From an uncultured Acidobacteriota bacterium (lineage in GTDB: Bacteria; Acidobacteriota; Terriglobia; Acidiferrales; UBA7541): 64,000 nucleotides of DNA. Where the stretch lies: NCBI GenBank assembly GCA_963753745.1, contig CAVWDX010000011.1:81071-145070 (forward strand). The letters are read 5' to 3'. A model generated the notes under the pieces. It was not told where the DNA came from. It did not search any database and saw only the letters and a program-made list of their open reading frames with translations. This document shows, piece by piece, positions 57,508-64,000 of this stretch (positions within the stretch are counted from its first letter, which is position 1; each line of letters starts with the position of its first letter). Made by a program: the position numbers and the translations under genes.

Positions 57508-60216
57508 GTGTTCAACGATCTTTTTTTCCGCCTTCGTTCCCTATTTCGGCGCGATACCGTTGAATCCGAAGCGGACACAGAGCTGCGCTTTCATTTCGAG
57601 CAGCAAGTCGAGAAGAATCTCAAATCTGGAATGACGCGCGAAGAAGCGCTGCGGCGCGCGCGGCTTGATTTTGGCGGACACGAGCAGCTGAAGGAAGAGA
57701 TTCGCGACGCGCGCGGCGTCAACTTTATCGAGACGCTCTTTCAGGATATTCGCTATGGTCTGAGGATTCTGGGCCGCACGCCGGTGATTTCTTGCATTGC
57801 GATACTTTCGCTCGCTCTTGGCATTGGCGCTAACACGGCGATCTTCAGTTTGATAGATACTGTGATGTTGCGGATGCTTCCCGTCCAGAAGCCAGAAGAA
57901 CTTTCGCAGTTGGTGATTCAAGATCCGAAGTCAAGAAACGGCGAAGGCGATACAACATTTTCAAATCCGCTTTGGGAAGAGTTGCGAAACCGGCAGGACG
58001 TTTTCTCCGGAGTGTTCGCGTGGAACTCGACGCAATTCGATCTTGCACAGGGCGGGGCGGTACACGATGTAAATGGTCTCTTTGCGAGCGGGGACTTTTT
58101 CAGGACACTCGGAGTCCGTCCCGCAACCGGGCGGCTGATTACCACAGCGGATGACAAGCGTGGGTGCCCCGGAGTGGCCGTCTTAAGCTACGGCTTTTGG
58201 CAGGATCATTTTGGGGGAGCGCAGAGCGCAGTAGGCAGCACACTTTCTCTCAATAATCACATTTTCGAGGTGGTCGGGGTGAGCGCGCCGGGATTTTTTG
58301 GCGTGGACGTGGGAAGCAAGTTTGACGTGGCGATCCCGATTTGTACGGCGGCCATTTTCGACGGACCAAGAACGAGGCTTGATCGAGGATCCTGGTGGTG
58401 GCTGCACGTGATCGGGCGAACCAAGCCGGGCCTCACTCCCGAACAATTGAAAGCACGGCTTGCGGTGTCATCGCCGCAGATATTTGCGGGCACGGTGCCG
58501 CAGAATTACGATCCAAAAGAGCAGCAAGAATACGTCAAACAGTGGTTCGAGACGGTTTCGGCGGCTACGGGGACTTCGTACCTGCGGCGACAATTTGACG
58601 AGCCGCTCAACATTCTGTTGGGCGTCGTGGGACTGGTGCTGTTGATTGCGTGCGCGAATATTGCCAGTCTGATGCTGGCGCGCGCGGCCGCACGTCACAA
58701 AGAAATCGCAGTGCGCAAGGCTTTGGGCGCTTCGCGTGCGCGGTTGATTCGGCAATTGCTGACGGAATGCGTGATGCTTTCCACGGGAGGCGCGCTGCTG
58801 GGGGTCTTATTTGCGCGCTGGGGAACTTCGCTGCTGGTGCGGTTTATTTCCACGGGCGAGAATAGGGTTTACCTTGATTTGTCGTTTGACTGGCGGATTC
58901 TCGGGTTTACTGCGGCGGCCGCTGTCTTCACGGGCCTGCTCTTTGGTGTGCTACCCGCGTTCCGCTCCACGCGCGTATCGCTGACGTCCGCTATGAAGGG
59001 CAGCTTAGCGATGGATGCCGAGAGCCGCGCCAAGTTTCGGCCGGGAAAATGGATTGTCGCGTCGCAGGTGGCGCTGGCGCTGGTGTTGCTGGTGGCTAGC
59101 GGGCTATTTCTGCGTAGCCTCGTGAAGCTCGTCACCATGGACACTGGTTTCGACCGCAACAATGTCCTTTTGGTGCATGCGAATCTGCATACCGCGAAAG
59201 TAGCGCCCGAGCAACAGCCTGCGATGTTCGAAGAAATGGAACGACGGTTGCGGGCGATTCCTGGCGTGGTCTCAGCGAGCCGTTCCGTCATGACACCGGT
59301 AAGCGATTTCGTGTGGAACAACCATCTTGTGGTGGATGCGCCGAATGCGCCGACGGGGGACGCCGCGCTTGCTTATTTCAACTTCGTCTCGCCTGGATAC
59401 CTTGGGACGATGCGTACGCCGATTTTGGCGGGACGGAATTTTAACGAAGGAGATTCTAAAACAGCTGCGCCGGTCGGCATAGTCGACGAAACGCTCGCTC
59501 GAAAATTCTTTCCGAAGGGTGATGCGCTTGGGAACTATTTCCGCGTCCAGCCAGAGCCAGGGAAGGCTGCGCCGCTGATTCAAATCGTTGGACTTGTGAA
59601 GGATGCGAAGTATGAGTCGCTGCGCGAGGAAGCCCTTCCCACCGCGTACTTCCCGATTGCGCAGATTACGGAGCCTGCGGAAGAACAGGTATTCGAGCTG
59701 CGAACGGGCACGCGTGCCTCGGCGCTTATTTCGGCGGTGCAGGAAGCCGTGGCAGGCGTGAGCAAAACAATTCCGCTGGACTTCGGTACGCTGGCTCAGC
59801 AGGTGGACGACTCGCTGGTGCAGGAGCGTTTGCTCGCCACACTTTCCACCTTCTTCGGTGGCTTGGCCCTTTTGCTGGCAATGATTGGGCTGTATGGCGC
59901 GCTGAGTTATCTAGTGGCGCAGCGACAGCCGGAATTCGGTATCAGGATGGCGCTTGGCGCGCCACGTAGTTCCATTCTTCGTCTGGTGATGCGCGACGTG
60001 ATCATCGTGCTTGCCGGAGGCCTGACGGCGGGTGTCTGTCTGGCGTTAGCAACCGTGGGCGTGCTGAAAAAAATGCTGTTTGGGCTTGCGCCTCACGATG
60101 CTTTCACGTTCATCGCAGCTATCGGTCTGCTCTCCGCCGTCGCGATAGTTGCCGGTTACATACCGGCACGGCGCGCCATGCGCGTCGATCCGATGGTTGC
60201 TTTGCGTTACGAATAA
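57508..60216 (+). CDS. ADOP-type duplicated ABC transporter permease
   Basis: N-terminal ELRFHFEQQ...ARLDFGG domain; LALGIGANTAIFS; LLIACANIA; EFGIRMALGA; DPMVALRYE end. Confidence 0.92.
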   Translation: MFNDLFFRLRSLFRRDTVESEADTELRFHFEQQVEKNLKSGMTREEALRRARLDFGGHEQLKEEIRDARGVNFIETLFQDIRYGLRILGRTPVISCIAILSLALGIGANTAIFSLIDTVMLRMLPVQKPEELSQLVIQDPKSRNGEGDTTFSNPLWEELRNRQDVFSGVFAWNSTQFDLAQGGAVHDVNGLFASGDFFRTLGVRPATGRLITTADDKRGCPGVAVLSYGFWQDHFGGAQSAVGSTLSLNNHIFEVVGVSAPGFFGVDVGSKFDVAIPICTAAIFDGPRTRLDRGSWWWLHVIGRTKPGLTPEQLKARLAVSSPQIFAGTVPQNYDPKEQQEYVKQWFETVSAATGTSYLRRQFDEPLNILLGVVGLVLLIACANIASLMLARAAARHKEIAVRKALGASRARLIRQLLTECVMLSTGGALLGVLFARWGTSLLVRFISTGENRVYLDLSFDWRILGFTAAAAVFTGLLFGVLPAFRSTRVSLTSAMKGSLAMDAESRAKFRPGKWIVASQVALALVLLVASGLFLRSLVKLVTMDTGFDRNNVLLVHANLHTAKVAPEQQPAMFEEMERRLRAIPGVVSASRSVMTPVSDFVWNNHLVVDAPNAPTGDAALAYFNFVSPGYLGTMRTPILAGRNFNEGDSKTAAPVGIVDETLARKFFPKGDALGNYFRVQPEPGKAAPLIQIVGLVKDAKYESLREEALPTAYFPIAQITEPAEEQVFELRTGTRASALISAVQEAVAGVSKTIPLDFGTLAQQVDDSLVQERLLATLSTFFGGLALLLAMIGLYGALSYLVAQRQPEFGIRMALGAPRSSILRLVMRDVIIVLAGGLTAGVCLALATVGVLKKMLFGLAPHDAFTFIAAIGLLSAVAIVAGYIPARRAMRVDPMVALRYE

Positions 60217-60226
60217 CGCGCGACAT

Positions 60227-60275
60227 AAAAAAGTGCGCAGGAGCTGCCCTTTGCGAGCAGGTCCTGGGCGTTTGA
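60227..60275 (-). terminator. probable intrinsic terminator for the pirin gene
   Basis: Imperfect stem CAGGA-G-CTGC / GCAG-G-TCCTG with an A-run at its left end (U-tract on the minus strand). Confidence 0.45.
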
Positions 60276-60298
60276 CGCTTCTGCGGTTGCAGCTATAT

Positions 60299-60997
60299 TT
60301 ACGCCAAGTCGAAGAGAAGAACCTCAGCGTTGTCGACTCCGGCGAGCTCGACGGCTTTTTCTTTGGAGATGGCTGCGCCGTCGCCCGCGTCGAGTTGCTT
60401 GCCGTTGAGCGTGATGCTGCCGCGGGCGACTTGGACGTAGGCATGGCGATCCGGCTTCAGTTCATGCTTTACCGCTTCGCCTTTGCTTAGCACCGTCGCG
60501 TACAGTTCGTTGTCCTGGCGGATTTGTACAGAACCATCGCGTCCATCCGGTGAAGCGACGAGACGCAACTTTCCGCGCTTTTCGTTTTCGCTGAAAGTTT
60601 TCTGGCCGTAGACCGGTTTCAGGCCCTTTTCTTCGGGGAACATCCAGATTTGGAGCAGGTGCACGGGCTCGGTCTTGGACGCGTTGAACTCGCTGTGCGT
60701 CACGCCGGAGCCTGCGCTCATGTACTGGACATCGCCGGGACGAATCACGGAACCGGAGCCCATGCTGTCGCGGTGTTCGAGCGCGCCTTCGAGGACGTAA
60801 GTGACGATTTCCATATCGCGGTGCGGGTGCGTGGGAAAGCCCTCGCCGGGTGCGACGCGGTCGTCGTTAAGGACGCGCAGCGTGCGGAATTGCACGTGCT
60901 TGGGGTCGTAATAGTCGGCAAAGGAAAACGTGAAATAAGTATCGAGCCAGCCGTGGTTGAAATGGCCGCGTTGCTGGCTTTTGCGGATATCGATCAT
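60299..60997 (-). CDS. pirin family protein (YhhW-like)
   Basis: [53 protein letters not shown]. Confidence 0.93.
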   Translation of the reverse strand: MIDIRKSQQRGHFNHGWLDTYFTFSFADYYDPKHVQFRTLRVLNDDRVAPGEGFPTHPHRDMEIVTYVLEGALEHRDSMGSGSVIRPGDVQYMSAGSGVTHSEFNASKTEPVHLLQIWMFPEEKGLKPVYGQKTFSENEKRGKLRLVASPDGRDGSVQIRQDNELYATVLSKGEAVKHELKPDRHAYVQVARGSITLNGKQLDAGDGAAISKEKAVELAGVDNAEVLLFDLA

Positions 60998-61024
60998 GAG
61001 CTACCTCCCGGGTGTGACAGGGGC

Positions 61025-61053
61025 ATGATACTCGTTATAACGACTATTGTCAA
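61025..61053 (-). promoter_or_regulatory. near-consensus sigma70 promoter of the pirin gene with a palindromic operator in the spacer
   Basis: Minus strand TTGACA-17 nt-TATCAT; perfect palindrome TCGTTATAACGA at 61032-61043, extending to ATAcTCGTTATAACGAcTAT. Confidence 0.75.
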
Positions 61054-61223
61054 GAGGTACATCGGAGCGTTGCGGAAGCTGCTTTGCGGGCACGCCTTCC
61101 CCGGCTCCAAGGCGCACATCTGCCAGCACTTATGCCTCCGAAGCCCCATTCCCGGCGGCCTCTGTTTGGTGTAAAGTGGTGTGGTAAGAGCTGTTCACCG
61201 TCTCTGCTGCCAAGGATCACCCT

Positions 61224-62564
61224 ATGGATTCCGCGCCGACCGCCACGCAAACGAAAAAGCCCGATGGGGCTTCCGTATCGCGCGAGTCTCTATCCATCAC
61301 GGACAACCGCACCGGCAAGAGCTACGAAATTCCTATCAAGAACGGCGCGATCCGGGCCATGGACCTTCGGCAGATCAAAGTGGACCCCACCGAGTTCGGC
61401 ATGCTGAGTTACGACCCGGCGTTCAACAACACGGCATCCTGTGTGAGCAAGATTACGTATATCGATGGCGACGCCGGCATCCTGCGCTACCGCGGCTACC
61501 CGATCGAAGACCTCGCCGAAAAAAGCACCTATCTCGAAACGGCTTATCTGCTGCTTCACGGAGAGTTACCCACACCGGCGCAACTGAAGGACTGGACGTA
61601 CAACGTCACCCATCACACCTTCATCCACGAGAGCATCAAGAAATTTCTTGATGGATTTCACTACGATGCGCACCCCATGGGGATGATGATCTCGACAATC
61701 GCGGCGCTTTCGACTTTCTATCACGATGCCAAGGATATTTTTAACGCGGAGTCGCGCCGCAAACAGACCTACCGCCTGGTCGGAAAGATGCCCACGATCG
61801 CGGCATTCTCCTACCGGCACACTCTCGGAATGCCTTACGTCTATCCGGACAATGAACTCAGCTATCCCGGAAATTTCTTGAATATGCTTTTCCGCACGAC
61901 GGAGGCGAAGTACCGTCCCAATCCGACGCTTGAGCACGCCCTCGATGTTCTTTTCATTCTGCACGCGGATCACGAACAGAATTGCTCTGCAAATACAATT
62001 CGGGGCGTCGGAAGCTCACATGTTGATCCGTATTCGGCGGCGGCGGCGGCGATCGCGGCGCTCTATGGCCCGCTGCATGGCGGCGCAAACGAAGAAGTGC
62101 TGCACATGTTGCTGGAGATCGGCTCGGTGCAGAAAGTTCCGGAGTTTATCAAGCGCGTGAAGGCCGGCGAAGTGAAGCTTATGGGCTTCGGCCATCGGGT
62201 GTACAAGCATTACGATCCGCGCGCCCGCATCATCAAAAGCGTGGCTTACGAAGTGTTCGAATTGATGGGCAAGAATCCGCTGCTGGAAATTGCGCTGGAG
62301 TGCGAACGCATTGCTCTCGAGGACGAATATTTCATCAAGCGCAAGCTCTATCCCAATGTGGACTTCTACACTGGCCTCATCTATCAGTCCATGGGCTTTC
62401 CGATCTCGATGTTCCCGGTTCTCTTCGCGATTCCGCGCACTTCCGGCTGGGTCGCCCAGTGGGAAGAAATGCTGCTCGACCCAGAACAGAAAATTGCGCG
62501 GCCTCGCCAAATTTATCTCGGCCACGACACGCGGCACTACGTCCCGCTTGACCAGAGAAGCTAA
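61224..62564 (+). CDS. gltA: citrate synthase (type II-like)
   Basis: YDPAFNNTASC, GILRYRGY, DAHPMG, LHADHEQNCS, GPLHGGANE, MGFGHRVYK, PNVDFY. Confidence 0.95.
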   Translation: MDSAPTATQTKKPDGASVSRESLSITDNRTGKSYEIPIKNGAIRAMDLRQIKVDPTEFGMLSYDPAFNNTASCVSKITYIDGDAGILRYRGYPIEDLAEKSTYLETAYLLLHGELPTPAQLKDWTYNVTHHTFIHESIKKFLDGFHYDAHPMGMMISTIAALSTFYHDAKDIFNAESRRKQTYRLVGKMPTIAAFSYRHTLGMPYVYPDNELSYPGNFLNMLFRTTEAKYRPNPTLEHALDVLFILHADHEQNCSANTIRGVGSSHVDPYSAAAAAIAALYGPLHGGANEEVLHMLLEIGSVQKVPEFIKRVKAGEVKLMGFGHRVYKHYDPRARIIKSVAYEVFELMGKNPLLEIALECERIALEDEYFIKRKLYPNVDFYTGLIYQSMGFPISMFPVLFAIPRTSGWVAQWEEMLLDPEQKIARPRQIYLGHDTRHYVPLDQRS

Positions 62565-62694
62565 CCGCGGACTTCAATCCAATACTACAATGGGCCTTCG
62601 GGAAAAATCTTACGGGACCACGATTCAGTACCGATCACCGCGTTGTCGCTCGATAATGCAGCTTGGCTTTCTATAGTTGACCGAGAGAGGTGCA

Positions 62695-63093
62695 ATGGCA
62701 CAGGCCCATACAGGTTCTCGCAATCCCTTGGCACGCCGGCGCAGCCAACGAGTGCTGATGCAAGTCGCTGTGCGCGTTCGCGGAACGGACTCGCAGGGCA
62801 AAGAGTTTGAAGAAGAGACCGAAACCCTGGCTATCAACGCCCACGGCGCCTTGATCCTTGTGAGCGCCCGCGTGACCAGCGGCAGCAAAGTGATGATGCA
62901 GCACAAAGGCACGCAGGAAGAGCAAGAGTGTCACGTGGCGTTCCTCGGCCCGGTGCGTGCAGGCAAGGCCGAGATCGGCCTTGAATTTTCTGAACCACGG
63001 CCCAGCTTCTGGCGTGTGGCCTTCCCTCCCGAAGACTGGACCTCGAAACATCCGGATGCCCGCCCGCCCTCTATCTCCCGCACGAACAAATAA
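62695..63093 (+). CDS. PilZ domain protein
   Basis: RRRSQR (RxxxR) and INAHGA (variant of D/NxSxxG); EIGLEF. Confidence 0.75.
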   Translation: MAQAHTGSRNPLARRRSQRVLMQVAVRVRGTDSQGKEFEEETETLAINAHGALILVSARVTSGSKVMMQHKGTQEEQECHVAFLGPVRAGKAEIGLEFSEPRPSFWRVAFPPEDWTSKHPDARPPSISRTNK

Positions 63094-63219
63094 CCGCCAC
63101 TTCTTCTGCGGCGCCGACTGAGGATTGAGGTAGGATTCTCGCGTCTCCACGAATCTGCGGTTTGGCAATAACTCCTCTCGCGAAAGAATTGATTCGAGCC
63201 TCGGGAGACACAGGAGTTC

Positions 63220-64000
63220 ATGAAAAGCGCTCTGCGTAAAGCCACGACATCTCTTTTGCTGATTGTGATTATCGCTTTGGGAACGCGTTTGGGCTTCGCT
63301 TGGTATCAGGAACGGCAATTCGCGGCGCAAGTTCTGAGTATCGTCCCATTCCAGACGGAAACCGGCCACATCGCGTACTCGATTGCCAGCGGGAAGGGAT
63401 TCTCGTCACCATTTCAGAGGGATAGTGGCCCGACCGCGTGGATAGCGCCCGTTTATCCCTACATGCTCGCGGGCATTTTCAAAATCTTTGGCATCTACAC
63501 ACGTCCTTCCTTTTTCGCCGCAGTTTTCTTGAATATTCTCTTATCCGCGGCTACGTGCGTGCCGATTTTCTACACCGGCAAGCGCATTGCCGGGCTTGGC
63601 GTCGCCAGTGCAGCCGCCTGGCTGTGGGCTCTTTTCCCCAATGCCATCATGATTCCTTTCGAATGGATTTGGGACACGTCCCTTTCCGCGCTCTTAGTCG
63701 CGACTTTGCTGTGGGCAACACTGGAATTGGGGGAATTGCGCCGCCGCCGCGATTGGTGCTTCTACGGCAGCTTGTGGGGTTTTGCGTTCCTCACCAATCC
63801 TGCTGTCGCTTTGCTTTTTCCGGTGCTGCTGCTGTGGGCTGCAAATCGGGTTCGTCATCGCGATCGCACACAGGCGCGGCTCGTCAGCCCCGCACTGGCC
63901 GCAACAATCGCCCTACTTTGCTGCGTACCTTGGACCGTCCGCAATTACATCGTCTTCCACAGGCTCATTCCTTTGCGCTCTAACTTTGCATTTGAACTGT
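63220..64000 (+). CDS. GT-C fold membrane glycosyltransferase (PMT/ArnT-like), truncated by the window edge
   Basis: Hand translation from ATG 63220 (SD AGGAG): ETGHIAYSIASGKGFSSPF...TAWIAPVYPY...WDTSLSALL...PWTVRNY; open to the end of the window. Confidence 0.75.
   Translation, partial: MKSALRKATTSLLLIVIIALGTRLGFAWYQERQFAAQVLSIVPFQTETGHIAYSIASGKGFSSPFQRDSGPTAWIAPVYPYMLAGIFKIFGIYTRPSFFAAVFLNILLSAATCVPIFYTGKRIAGLGVASAAAWLWALFPNAIMIPFEWIWDTSLSALLVATLLWATLELGELRRRRDWCFYGSLWGFAFLTNPAVALLFPVLLLWAANRVRHRDRTQARLVSPALAATIALLCCVPWTVRNYIVFHRLIPLRSNFAFEL

Noticed and set aside
1-64000. The many short or antisense ORFs in the six-frame track (e.g. 3553-4419, 38553-39572, 41669-43330)
   Set aside because: They overlap recognisable genes on the other strand or frame and show no family motifs; such shadow ORFs are expected in GC-rich DNA.
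1-64000. CRISPR array, prophage, integrase or transposase
   Set aside because: No regularly spaced repeat-spacer array and no recognisable mobility or phage protein; the repeats are short, dispersed and REP-like.

Overview
GC-rich chromosomal segment, most likely from Acidobacteriota (inferred from two ADOP-type duplicated ABC permeases, a PadR-ADOP pair, the ACIII/caa3 operon and the intergenic repeat style). It carries mostly housekeeping and accessory genes: a STAS-TolC fusion (cut by the left edge), Rid/M20/M28 hydrolases, hup, tdh-kbl, polA, tRNA-Asn, a complete alternative complex III + SCO + A2-type caa3 oxidase operon (28.1-40.7 kb), uvrA, a deoxyhypusine-synthase-like/CPBP/mtnA cluster, rnr, serC, padR-ADOP, pirin, citrate synthase and a PilZ protein. 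I found no integrase, transposase, prophage gene, rRNA or CRISPR array. The most notable observations are: (i) a STAS domain fused in frame ahead of the signal peptide of a TolC; (ii) a three-hairpin, terminator-ended sRNA candidate divergent from rnr; (iii) an intergenic repeat sitting in frame inside an MFS transporter; (iv) a diverged direct repeat of the dipeptidase promoter and 5' end flanking a frameshifted ADOP gene; (v) palindromic operators overlapping clear sigma70 promoters; (vi) four single-base indels in three genes, which may be sequencing errors. All product calls come from motif recognition by eye; no database searches were run.
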